A DNA stretch of 64,000 nt, from assembly GCA_030141605.1 (NCBI GenBank), contig JAQGDQ010000028.1, positions 124,001 to 188,000 of the forward strand, in the 5' to 3' direction. Both the position numbers and the translations under genes were made by a program. Origin of the DNA: Tubiluchus corallicola. Lineage: Eukaryota > Animalia > Priapulida. The notes under the pieces were generated by a model. It was not told the DNA's origin. It saw nothing but the letters and a program-made list of their open reading frames with translations, and did not search any database. Of the stretch, positions 1 to 12,400 are shown piece by piece (within the stretch, counting starts at the first letter, position 1; each line of letters begins with the position of its first letter).

Positions 1-854
1 TAAACCACGAGGCTCAAAACCCTATCTCAGGTCTGGTGTTACCCCTGCCCAGTATAAAATTACAATTCCTTCACTCGCACAAAGATCACCTGGTTTCGAA
101 GCATTTTTCTTCAGACCTTGAACGTCCACTAGCATTAGGTGTAAAAATAAAACACATTTACGAAGACGTTGTATTAGAGGCTTCATTGGGTAAATAATAA
201 ATGCAATGAGGCCACATTACACCAATTCTTGTTTTTATGCATAAAGCGCCGCGAAAGCCCTTGAAACTGGAACTGCAGAAATTACATATCCACCTATGAG
301 CCCATGCATATATTCGGGTCCTTCTAAAGGCGTGCGACCAGTCTACAGTATTTGCACGCATCAATGCAAGGCCACCACGATAACTAGCGAATCATTATGG
401 CTCTCATACTGAGGAAGACGTGTTGCCGCTGACACCATTGTACCATAATGGTTCATCAGCCACGTCAAATATTGGCTTTAACACATGCTCTTGATTTGAG
501 TTTCACTATAAACAGGATTTTATGACCGCTGTTGATGAAACACATTAAACAAGTGTGCTGAAATTACGCTTGCCATTTCCTCTGCGAGGAAACCATCATC
601 AAGAGGACAAGTCGAAACTGTTGGGTCATCAGTGAGCATGGGATCTAATCAGATGACATTCACATTATCCTCCAGGGTTAGCATTATCGATTAATATAAC
701 AATCAGACAGAGTGGGGTTTGAGAGCTCATCCTTAATCACTGTCTCGGTTTCATAAAAACTAGTGTAATGACTATGGATAGGGAACGTCATTCAGTGGGT
801 AACAATCGCACGAGCAGCATATAATGCGTTTTATGTAGTACAGATTTTATGCGG

Positions 855-960
855 TCGGTAGGTCGATTGACTAGTTGGTTAGTCGGTTGGTTAACTGGTT
901 GGTTGGTTGGTCGGTCAGCCGATCGGTTTATTTGACTGACTGACTGAATGACTGACTGAT
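855..960. repeat. Degenerate tetranucleotide repeat (GGTT/GGTC/GACT)
   Basis: Visible 4-nt periodicity. Confidence 0.8.
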
Positions 961-1849
961 ATATATCCATGCCAAGAATAGACCCCAAAACCTCAGCCCT
1001 GTTGTTGTCATCGTCATCGTTACTGTGGATACAATCAAAAGTTGCTATACGTCTTGCTGAACGTTCTAGAGGAACAGGAAAGTTAGATTCCTGCTGTGAT
1101 CGATTGATTTCTAATTTTGTTTCAGGAGCAATACTCAATACCTTGTCACTCCTATCAGACTTCAGTAGTAAAACTTAAATTCTTGAAATATTATGTTTTT
1201 ATTCGTATATATTTAGTTATAATTTATTTATTTTTTATTTATTTATGTATTAAATACATCCACAGTAACCATTACAACATAATTTTATAACATATTAATC
1301 ATGTACCCAAAATGACAAGCTGCCAATGGCCTATGGGATGCTCAAGAAGTAATTACTTGTTGCAGAACCCCAAATGAATGTCGATTGAGGAAAAGAAAAA
1401 GGAGGAGTAAAGATTACTAAAGAAGCAGAAAAGAAAAGTTCAGGAAGAATAGAAAGAGAGAAAGATGTGGGTTAACTGTATGAAGTGACGCGTACTATGT
1501 ACTAAGTTACATCGGACATGTTTTGTGTCGTTTACATGTATTGTTTATTAAAATTGCGGAATTCAAATGCTAATTGGATTCTCTTGGGATATTAACCTTT
1601 TCTCTAAGCTCTAGCACAACAGTTATGCTAGATTGATTATCCATTCATGAAACCTGTTTAATCGTTTCTTGCCAAGCAGTTAAATGTATTAGTGTCACTT
1701 TCTCCCTCATTCCTAAGACCTTAACCAACACAAATAAACGCCATATGTTATTTTTCGTTTCAACAAACTTCATCATATTGCTAAGAAGAATGTTATAACC
1801 GGGTGCATCGCTAAACTTATTTCCGGTTGGGATAATTTCTTCCTGCAAA

Positions 1850-2100
1850 TCTTCGCAGGACTTGATTAATGGTTTGATGTTTACCTACATCCGCCCTCTA
1901 AAGTCATAAACGCTACATAAGTAGTTCGTGTCCTTAATCCTTGTGCGATTGAATCCGCGGCCATATCTATCCGGTGTGATTGAATCCGTCGCTATCTTTG
2001 GCTTCAAGGTTCTCGCAAAGTTTAAAAACATTCCATTGGAGCGTTGCCAGGCGTAAGATCCGTCGGAGGTTGTGCAGCGTCGAATTTGCGAAGCACTTTA
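1850..2100 (+). promoter_or_regulatory. CpG-enriched candidate promoter upstream of the 2163-2189 exon
   Basis: Local rise in CpG, direct repeat GATTGAATCCG at 1946 and 1978, and a GCGGCCAT (YY1-like) word. Confidence 0.35.
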
Positions 2101-2162
2101 TTTTCACAATTCATTCTCAACATTTTTAGCAGTTGGATTTTACTGTGGGGAGGCCTGGGAAA

Positions 2163-2189
2163 ATGGGGGTGTGGGGAGACCTGAGAATG
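2163..2189 (+). CDS. Candidate alternative first coding exon of PACS (MGVWGDLRM)
   Basis: ATG at 2163, nine codons, then a GTAAGT donor at 2190. Phase 0 matches the phase-0 acceptor at 9344. Lies just downstream of a CpG-richer stretch. No homology recognised. Confidence 0.4.
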
Positions 2190-2964
2190 GTAAGTCGAAA
2201 GTTTTAATCAAGGTCAAATAACCAATGCAAGCAGTTCCTAAATTACCAAAAGGTTTTTCTTTTTGTGGTACTTGTCAGTGATGAAAATCCCATTTACGTT
2301 GCTGCCAGTCTTGGTTGCCTAGTGCGGTGCATTACTAACCTATTATTACGGGCTGTTACATGCATATGCTCATATCATTTTGCTCATTAGAGTGCTCGTC
2401 TGTTGCAGTGATTTACACGCAACTTTTCAATATTCGTAACCTTGTTTCAGAGTCAAAAGAAATATAAAAAAGCCGTCCTTTAAACCGACACGGTATTGCT
2501 TTTAGTAGCAACTGTCGTAATTTTTAGGCGTACCGCGTTTTTGAACAGACGCTGTGAAACCATGTTTTCCAATAAAGAAACTATGCATCGTTCTCGTTTC
2601 GTAGTAAGAAGCCAATTTATTAAAACAACAAACTAAATGACGTTATCCTCTGCGCAATGTGGCTTCTGGCAGCAATTAGTGCCATCTGGCGTTCTAGCTT
2701 TGAACTGTTTGTATATGCTGAAAAGGTCTTTGGTTGCATGTTTTGAGTTGCAAGCTAAGCTGTTTTTATTGGTAATTTAGGTAAATGTTGAAAATACAAT
2801 GAACGCCAGGGAAATTCCAGCAACAGGAGCGTTCGATTTAGTAAACTGAGCAAAAAATTTTGAGTCCATAAAGTCGTTTAGTACATATTATTGAAATTTT
2901 TGTGTGCGTTTCACACAGGCTAGTGAAAATTTATGAGCACAAAATGAGGTTTAACTTTGCTAAA

Positions 2965-3690
2965 GTTTGTTAAAGAAAGTAAGAAGTAAAAACGCTTCCT
3001 TTTAAACCGCAAGCAGTCATATCAAATATCGGATTTAGTGTAATAGTACTAAAACATAGACTATTTACTGAGCAACTGTTACAAAACGTGCCAAAGTAAA
3101 AGCATGTCATTGTTCATTTTAATAAGGGACAGCCAGCTACACGGCAGCCAGTGATAAGTCGGATGTTCAATATAAACAGATTTTACGTATGTAGTAGCTG
3201 CGCAATTTAGGAAAGTAAGAAAGTAAGATAATCTGGGGAACAGCCAACCCGCGATTAAGTCGGATGTTTGAGATAACCAAATTTACTTGTCACTGTGCCG
3301 TTTGTTAAGAAAGTAAGTAAAAACACGTCATTGTTTATTCCGGGAGCAGCCGGCCCGTAATAAATTGCATATTCAAAATAATTGGATTTTCTTGCATCTG
3401 TATAGAAAGAAAGTAAAAAGTAAACGTTTATCGTAAGTCGAATGTTCGAAATAACCGGATTTATTGTATCCGACTAAGCAGAACAGTTTATAGTAAGTAT
3501 GAAAGTATAAAGTACTTCGTGTTCATTTTAATGTGAGAACAGCCAACCTGTGATAAGTTGGAGATAACCAGGCTTATTTTTAGCTGAGCAGTTTGTTACA
3601 GAAAGTAGAAAAGTAAAAACATTGTTCATCTTAATCCGGAAGCAGCCAGACCGTGGCACGTCGGATGTTCGAGATAACCGGATTAACGTG
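2965..3690. repeat. Degenerate tandem array, about 7 units of about 90-130 bp
   Basis: Recurring blocks AGAAAGTAA(A/G)AAGTAAAAAC, GTTCATTTTAAT, CAGCCA(A/G)CC and TAAGTCGGATGTTCGAGATAACCGGATTT in the same order. Confidence 0.85.
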
Positions 3691-4730
3691 CAGTTGAGAA
3701 AGCTGTTGGAGATGTTTTCATTGACAGTCATCTCTCCGGGGTTTCAATCTTGTGTAATAAATCGGCTCAACTTGGCTTCATTTACTATATTCTGATTTAG
3801 TGAAATTAGTGACATTAATGAAATTATTTCTCTCTGAGTGCATCTTCCTGGGATCACATCAGCTCTGAGAAGATTTGCTGGATGAAATAGCAAAAAATGG
3901 TCAATAATGACGCCCTCCCTCCCCCCCCCCCCATAAATGTTTTCCCACTTACTAGTCTCACAGCAAGATATACGTCTTTTACACGTGTGATGTCGTCGAG
4001 CATTTACTGGTGGGATAAATTAAAAGACGCTCAGAATTTGAGGATCGATCAGAATAATTGTAGCCGTTGCACGAGTTTACTCCGTCGAAGGGCAGATCTA
4101 TACTTAGTGAACTACAATTTTAACCAAAGGTGGTGTTTGAAATATACTGTGGGCGTAGCACTGTCACAGAGACTTTGTTTGTCTCGCGCTCTACCATCGC
4201 TATCTTGTAAACAGGAATAAAACTGAAACAGAGAAAACATTTCTGTTTAGTGTCAAGTGCTTTTAGCCTTTTTTAATCTTCAAAAACTAAACCTTTTCTT
4301 TGCTAAATGTCAAGATTACAATAAATTCAGTAAGGTGTGCGCTATGTTCCTGTTGACGATTCTGCGACATTTCAAGAAGTTTTGTGTGATTTCAGTAAAG
4401 GTTCAATGTTTCAGATCAAATTAGTAGAACACACTGTCTTATTACAGAGTCAACATGAAACCAACAACAGTTTGGCTAACTAATAATAACAAAAATATTT
4501 TTTAAACTATGTCAAACCCATTTTCTTATAAATACAGTATTGTGAATCGAATGCCGAATCGAGTACTTGAAAATAATTATGCATTTTACATACATAAATT
4601 CTTATAATGCGTTTATAACACACAACCACATTCAAAGCAAGCCTAGAGTCAATGAGGAATTCGAGCCATTAAAAGCAATAAACACGTACTACATCTTCGC
4701 AGGGATTGGTAAACAGATAATGAAAATATC

Positions 4731-5120
4731 GTTTATTTATTATTTTTTATTTTATTATTTATCTATTTATAATACTTCTATGAACTGAAGTCAAGAGACT
4801 TATATGTCCATTAAAAACATCGTAAAACGTATCGACAATGTACAGAAAGTAAAATTACTGCTAAAAATACAAAATACATAGTATACAGTTAGTGCAATAT
4901 AAACACACAAGTAGGTGCAAATAAATTAAAAGTGCCGGTAAAAAGATTAAAACTTGATTAGTACGATAAAATTGTATAATTATGGTAAAAAATTTACATC
5001 TTACATCATTTATTAAATCACATATTTTCTAATAAATATTTTTTTAAAGTTTCTTAAATTTTTTTATATTACTGGCTTGTTTTATTTTACTGGGTAAATT
5101 ATTCCACATTACAGCAGCCT
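4731..5120 (-). mobile_element. 3' end of a CR1/L2-group LINE (decayed)
   Basis: Minus strand reads AAVMWNNLPSKIKQASNIKKFKKL, the typical WNxLP...FK ORF2 C-terminus, followed by an AT-rich UTR and an AATAAA-like repeat tail. Confidence 0.65.
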
Positions 5121-6559
5121 AACTTTACTTATAAGTCAGAGAAAATTAAGAAGCTACATGCACACACGGTTAATTATTGTGGAATTACCTAAAAAGCCAT
5201 TACTTTACGTCCATGTGAAAGCTCTAATCAATTAAGAAGACTTTTTTGCAAAGATAGCTTTTGAGCAAATGGCTATTTAGGCTTCATGTGTTGCCATATA
5301 AACCCTGAAATCCCTTGGCTATTCAGAGTACATACGTTACCGTAGGAAATTCTTCTAAATTGTCGAAATATACGAGTGTTTCGTTGCATTGAAGCATTCC
5401 TCTTCAATAAATGCTATAGCAACCAATGAAAATGAATAGAGAAAGTTAAACCTATATAATTTATTTGAAACCTTTAGTGCTTCTTTCAAATGACTTTCAT
5501 TCAATATTGTTCGTGTTTAGTTGCACATTAGCTACATAATGTTATCAGTTGCTATTCGTTTGAAAGAACTCTGCTGATGGGGTTAATTGGTTAAATCGCA
5601 AGGCTGAATTTCTTGAAATTTGTACGGACTAGAGAGCTACAAATATTTTATGGGTCGCCATTAATAATTGCGGGCGTTTTTCTTTCAACTGGGTCTAGTG
5701 TTCATAAAATATTGATTTTTTACGAACAATTTACTTTTCTTTCCTCAATTTTAGCTTTACATGTGAATTCAATAATTGCGTTTCCTTTCACCATTAAGAT
5801 AATGATGGTTTGTTAACAGTTTTACGCCTTGAGTGTTTTTTATGTTTTCGTCAAGTGGTAATTAAGATTCTGCATATAGCATTGGTCAGTTTTCCTTTGT
5901 CGCTCAACTCCTCCTGGGGTTTTGAGTTAAATTCAAAATTTTTTTCATAGGTATTTAGATCCTGCTGGGTAGAGGCAGGAGGATGTAGATGTGCAATTAG
6001 TATTTTCCGGAAAGTGGGCGTGGTCAGGTCACGTGACATAAGCGAAAGTGTTAAATGGGGTCTGGTCAATAACTCTATAAGTATAAAAGCTAGAATCACG
6101 AAACTTGCAGTGTAAGCACTTAATATAGGTAAACAGAAAATGGTATAAGAATGGTGACCCATGTGCCATGGTCACAGACGCAGGATCCAAAATGTGAATA
6201 TTAGGGCAAGTCACTCAACACCACTTACTGTATTGGGCTTGAAGCCTATGTTGTATCACGTATAGGATTGCAGTAAAATGGATCAAGCGCGGAGAATTCA
6301 GCAATAGCAAAATTATGATCTTGAGACAGAGATCAAGTCAGCAATGATTTTCCGTAGTCAGCAGTTGCAATTTTAGTCATAATACAGAATCTTAACTTTA
6401 TGACTGTGTCATAAACAGTAGTCACTGATTTAGTTTCAAAAAATGATTGTTGTTAATTTTTCTTATAATTGTTGTTCTCTTGTTTAGCAAAAGAATCTCC
6501 ATAGGTAAATGAAATGGCCTGATGACTTAACCTTTGCAAAAGCTGCCAGAATCTAATGC

Positions 6560-6730
6560 CAGATGACCGTAACATTTACGGGTCGTATGACTATCGCCTC
6601 TTGATGGGCGACAAAAGCTGCATGACCGTGACACATTTAGGACTCTTTATGCAGATAAAAACTGGGTGACCATAATACATTTTTGACTCGTACCTTTTGA
6701 AAAATGTTGGATGACATGACACACTTAATG
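6560..6730. repeat. Short degenerate tandem repeat
   Basis: Four copies of a TGACC(G/A)TGACACATTT-like motif about 45-60 bp apart. Confidence 0.55.
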
Positions 6731-8621
6731 GCTTTTGGTGAGAGATAAGAAATCACTAATATTTCAGAGCCGTTATACCAAAATGGTTTTGATACCTGTA
6801 AACTAAAACTATTATTGGATTACTGGAAACCTGTGTACGCCTAAAATTAATCATTAGCAGCAAAGCGAATGATCGATGACTGAAAAAACTGGAGTCACGG
6901 AAGTCTGCTTCAACGGTGACGCAACGTGCAACATGATAAACGCAAGCCGCAAGTCGCAGCAATTTATATACTTATCTGGAAAGCAGAAGGCGTTGTCAAG
7001 GCAACAGCCGAGAATTTATTTCTGTGATTGTGGCTCAAACGATGCTCATTTACAAAGTGTTCGCAGACAATTTTGCAGCATATAGTTTTCTTTTCTTTTT
7101 TTGTAAAGACCGTCCCCAAACAAGGCCATTTTGTCTTACCACTAAGCTATTTCAGTTAAGAAAAAAATGTATATAGCTTCACAAGACCATAATTATCATA
7201 ACTACTTTCTTAAGCAACTATAGCAAGTATCCGTGTATCCGTTTCTCTTGTTCTGCGTGAAGCAAATAAGATTCTGGCTAACACGGAATCAGTTTTCTAG
7301 AAAAGAACTGAACAGGTAAGAGGCTTGAGGGAAAAAATTAATAAGTGATGTCCTACATCTAGAAATGTCAGAGTAAAATTATGAGAAGCAGATATAAAAG
7401 AAATACTCCAGACAAACTGTGACCAATGAATGGACCTGAGAGTGTGTTGCATATAAGTAACAACGGTGAACTAGTGATGCACGGAATCACACATTGGTAA
7501 TAATAACAATTGACAATAGGATTTTGCAGAGTCTGTAAAGTGAGTTAAAGTCGCTGAACTGCCAGCCCAAATGTGAAACATCTAAGATTTGAACACAAAC
7601 CAAAGCAGACAACTGAACGGTCAAAAGAGTATATTGTATAGTAGGCATGGTAGTGTTGCAATGACAAGAAATACGTATAAACTTAGCGGGTTTCATTCCA
7701 TTGAAGGTGATTAACCAGTTTTAATGCCAACTGTAAGCTAATTCCAGATTCCTTTCAAGCATTTGAGATTTCGTAGTCAGGAATTATCACAAGGACATTT
7801 TTGTTCAGTATCATACCAGCAAGCAGTACCATCAGCAGTAGATGGCAAGCTTAGGCAGTATAGTGAAATAAACTGGCACTTTAGTGAAATAAATTGATTA
7901 TTATTATTATTGATTATGATTATTATATCATTGATAAATAGCAGAACAGAACAGGTGCTATTATTCAAGAACACTAACATTGTTTCCAGAAGAAACTTTT
8001 GTTAAGTATCTGTAATGCTTTATTCTTCATTCTAAAATTAATAAAATACATTTATACAAAAAAACACTGACATTGATTTCATAGGTGGAAGCATTCAACT
8101 TCCGTTGGTGATATATTGGTGATTTCCTAAATTTCTAATTAGGCTTTCACAACGAAAAGCATTAATGAGTATTGATCTCTTTGCATAACTTTGAGACAGA
8201 GCCATATCTGAGAGAAGAATGATGTAGAAAAATGTGCCCTATTTTCATCGTGCTTTAATTGAAGCTACAGACGTCGGTCATGTCTTACCTAAGCGCACTA
8301 ACCAGTTAACTATTATACTATACCCTTGACCTCATTTGTTGGATTTGATAATACAGCGTTCCTCTCTTCTTCCCAAATCACTTCCAGTCGATCCATTTAA
8401 ACTCGATCGACTCACACTAAATTCTGCTTTCTACTTGGTTCTGTAAGTTACTCAAGTTTTTGAGTGCCTAAATTACAGGTTTGAGTTGTAAGTCTCTTAT
8501 TATTTGTTGTTGACTCGCCGACTGACTCACGTTACTATGATGAAGCCCATACTACAGCCTATAGGTGCATTTCGGGATGAGGAGGATAGTTGAGTGTCAC
8601 CGTGCACCGTGTTTTTCCCTA

Positions 8622-8669
8622 GAAGCTAAGCAATGTCAAGCCTGGTCAGTGAATAGATGTGTGACTGCC
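8622..8669 (+). pseudogene. 5S rRNA-derived fragment (internal control region; SINE3-like or 5S pseudogene)
   Basis: GAAGCTAAGCAATGTCAAGCCTGGTCAGTGAATAGATGTGTGACTGCC aligns without gaps to the 5S box A-IE-box C segment (36/48 against the vertebrate sequence as I recall it). Flanks do not match 5S. Confidence 0.7.
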
Positions 8670-9343
8670 GGATTTAACATTTGCTCTCGGTAGTTCTTTG
8701 TGAGGGAAGATGTATTCTCATCTGAACATAGCTGAGACACTTCTATAGTTCAGTGGCTTATCTTAGGAAATTTTGTTTCATAATACAGATTTCAATCTCA
8801 CCACAGCTGTCTTCTTGCCTTCTCATTGGTGAATTGTTGCTGGCCGGCAATTTGGTATCTTCTTCATAGGAAGCAATCACGTCTCAGTGCAAGGGACTGT
8901 ATACTCGGATTTGTTATAGATTTGAACAAACAGAAAAAACATTGTTGTTTTGAAATTTTGAAAACACGTTTGAGAATTTTGAGGAAAGTGGTCGCTCTTG
9001 TCCTCCCCTTGCAAGTTTTCCTACAGGATACTGTATACCTGCACAATAATGACTCATCGCTATTACACTTCAACCAAGCGTCAAATAAAAAAATCGTATT
9101 AATCATCGCGCCCTATTATGTGAGACGCATTCGTGCATCGCCATCATTTAGCCATTAATTACACGTTCTTACCTTTAGCTCGCGCTGTTTCAATAGAAAT
9201 TTTCATGCTTGTGCAAACTAAAGGAAATGAGAAATATCTTCACGTAATGATTTTAATTAAAATATTTACTTTTAATGCGTAATACGGTACCAGATGGTTC
9301 TACTATAGTCGGTTTAATGAACATTCAGTTTTTTATTTTACAG

Positions 9344-9433
9344 AATTCGAAGCGAGTTTTGCGATCTAATGAGATTGTGGTGCCACCTTCAGGCATTCTT
9401 GACACCGAACTCGATCTTTCATTTTCACTACAG
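9344..9433 (+). CDS. PACS: PACS exon (furin-binding region)
   Basis: [30 protein letters not shown]; tttacag / gtatat; 90 nt. Confidence 0.96.
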
Positions 9434-12400
9434 GTATATTCAAATGGAGTTTTTTTGCTTAGTCAAAGGTGTTTTATTGAGTACTCATTTGGGCTGCAGT
9501 TTAAACATCTTGTATCTGAAGTGTAAGTTCGTGACCCTGACAATTCTTATATTTTTCCATGACCCTAAATTTCATAGCTATTCAATACCATATAGACTAT
9601 TATTGATTGTTATACAGATCGTTTACTTTATTACTGTTATAATTTCGTCAATACAGAAATGTGACATCATATGATGTAAAACATTATTGATTATCAAACA
9701 TATGTAACTAATTTTTTTCATACTAATCATCTTGGTATTCTCTTAATTTCTGGTAAATATGGACCTAAATCTGGTAAAGTTCTAGTAACCTATGTTTCAT
9801 AGCTTTGTTAATTTCCAGTAATTTTATAATTATTGTACACTCATATCCCAGCTTGCCGAACAAAAACGGGGGGAGACAACGGTCCAAATTTGCAGATTGC
9901 CCGTATTTATCGTTATAAGTTAACACAGTACGCGCCGTGTGTTAGACTCACTGTAATGTAAAAAGAATCACCTAATTGTCTTAAAAACGTCTAGTATGGG
10001 CTGCGCCTATGCAAAAGTATATAAAAACTGTCGGCAAGGACTCGAATAAATTCATATAATTGACTCTATATTTTTATATATAGAGATATACACGTGATTG
10101 CACTAATGTAATGATGTAAACAAAGTGACGGCCCTCCAGCTAGGTAGGGCTCTGCTCACGAAACAACGGACTGTGTCCGTAATATGAGGGTCCATTTCTT
10201 GTCCAATTTTTCCGATATCCGTAAAAGCAAAGGCCATCAAACCGAGATATTAGTGCAGTTTTTTCCATAATATTAGTTGTAGATGACCAACATATTGACA
10301 TATTGTATATGATTGACTGGTGTGCTGCCTCCATCAGTGCAATGTATTTTTACTTTGTATACGTAAGTTTTTAATCGACACATAAAAATTTTATGTGGTA
10401 TTACCATATGTGATAGTGTTGTATAACTAATGAACTGAGACAATTACCGAAAACGAAGTAGATGATGTAATTTACAAAATTAATCAGCAGCAAAAAGAGG
10501 TAGAAATTACACATTAGACAAGTATGCCTAAATTTTACTAGTAAACCTGTTATGTAGTTTAAAATATGGTGCCACAATTGCTTCACCAACATTTTACTTT
10601 ACAAATGCATTTAGAATTGGTTTTAGGGTGACTTTAAAAACCAAGCAAACCACAAGTAAACTCAAAAACTTTTACTTTGTTCTAAAAAACTTTTTTACGT
10701 ACTGTATTTCTTTTGAGCTAGCTGTCAATCAATTGAAATGTCTGTTAGTTTGTTGTCACTCTTCGTGATAAAAAGCCTTGGCAACTCATTTTCACTTCAC
10801 CTCACCTTTAAATTATCTCTTTATTCTATATTTGCTTTTGGTTGTTCAAAAGGATAATTATTGATAGTTTTTTTAAGTATATTTCATTCACTTGCAGCTC
10901 TTTTAGCAAAATAAGCTCAGCCTGTGTTAATGCTTACCATCTGAACTTGTATTTTCATTTTCAGCCAACTTATTTTAAGTGAGCATGTGTATTAATGAAA
11001 TATAAAAATATGACAGCACTAACTGAAATACTGTTTGTCAAGTCATGTAAAGGCCATGTCATTTAAAACAGATAGCTTGATTCACTTTCATTGAATAGTT
11101 TAATGATTTATCATTGATTTGAATTTTTGTCCTAGTACCCTCACTTTCTGAAGAGGGATGGCAATGTGCTGCAAATAATGCTGCAACGACGGAAACGGTA
11201 TAAAAATCGTACAATTCTTGGCTATAAGAATCTTGCTATTGGCGAAGTGAACATGGCACAGGTACGTACTCAAATAGAAACACTATTAAAACAGAAATTA
11301 AATGTGTACATAAAATATTGACTCATTTGTTCTAGGTCAGGTGAGCTGCCTGACCCAGCAGTCATGGCATCATTTTGGCTGCTGAAGTTATAGAGTGGAC
11401 GAGCTGGCCATGGATGAACCTCTTCGATTCTCTGTTGTACATGGGCTGGTTTTCTTTCACTAGTTGATTATGGCGGTTCACCTCGTAAATGGAATATGGA
11501 TGCTTATCCGAACATTACTGATAAGCTCTGTCGTTTCAGTGGCAACTTTGCCACAACCATCCAATTTGAGTAGGATCTGCTGTTGAATAATGGATTTCAG
11601 CTTAACTGACTGTGAATTGCAAAAGAAAAGAAAAAACAGTGTGCATTATACATAAATACATGCCTTTACCATATTAACTGATTGTCATTCATACTGCCGT
11701 GGTATTGGTTTTACCAAATGTAATAATTTGTGAGAGTAGTACAATTTATTTTTAATATAAAAACTATTTTGTAATGGTAGGGTTAGTGAAGTGTTGTTAA
11801 AAATAAAAATTGTCTAAAATGTTTTTATTTCTAACTATACTAACTATGTAAAGGTAGTATGTAGTCGGAGATTTTGCAAGATTTAAGAGAGTCTTTGTGC
11901 GGCCAGAGTTTGGGATTGTGGGATAGCATAAGCACCTCAACATTAGCTTCATGGTCTTCTGTAGGTGCTGCAAAAAAATATGGATCGGGAACTTTGCCTC
12001 TACTGCAGTATGAAAGAAAAAGAAGAAATGGTTGCCAAAGTAACCATGTTGTCTCTGACAAGTCAGCCAGTGGACCAAGAGGAAACATTGGGTGGTCGTC
12101 AGAAACAGACGTCCGAAACAGGTGAGTTTGTGCTCTCATTATGACATAATTAAAAGTACTGTGCCACATAAAACGTACATCATTATTCATTTGTTTTGTT
12201 CAAATTTCTTAGTACTACACAGCATTTGCGTAAGCAGTGTAAAGCATTCCCGAAATAATATGTGTTCTTTGCAACAGGTGCATACGTGCACCCTTCCTCG
12301 GTGTTGTAGTAGAATAGTTACACCAAATTGAATTTTTCAGAGAAATGTCGGTATTGCTATTTTGTACTAAAATATTTCATTTTACGGAGTCAAGGTTTTT

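Noticed and set aside
2965-3690. CRISPR-like appearance of repeated blocks
   Set aside because: The repeats are degenerate, the intervening sequences are homologous to each other, no cas genes are present and the context is eukaryotic.
6262-6285. ATT GCA GTA AAA (IAVK) resembling the end of PACS exon 2
   Set aside because: Continues as W rather than MQ, has no donor site and no matching upstream sequence.
8560-8700. Functional 5S rRNA gene
   Set aside because: Only about 48 nt match, the 5' domain and 3' end are absent, and it is a single dispersed copy in this window.
8826-9158. 110-aa ORF just upstream of the first recognised PACS exon, considered as the missing PACS N-terminus
   Set aside because: No LFATWEVD or IAVKMQ-like motif and no suitable splice sites.
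11797-12331. Overlapping ORFs around the PACS exon at 11965-12121
   Set aside because: Wrong-frame or antisense readings; the true frame is [10 protein letters not shown] and is not in the ORF track.
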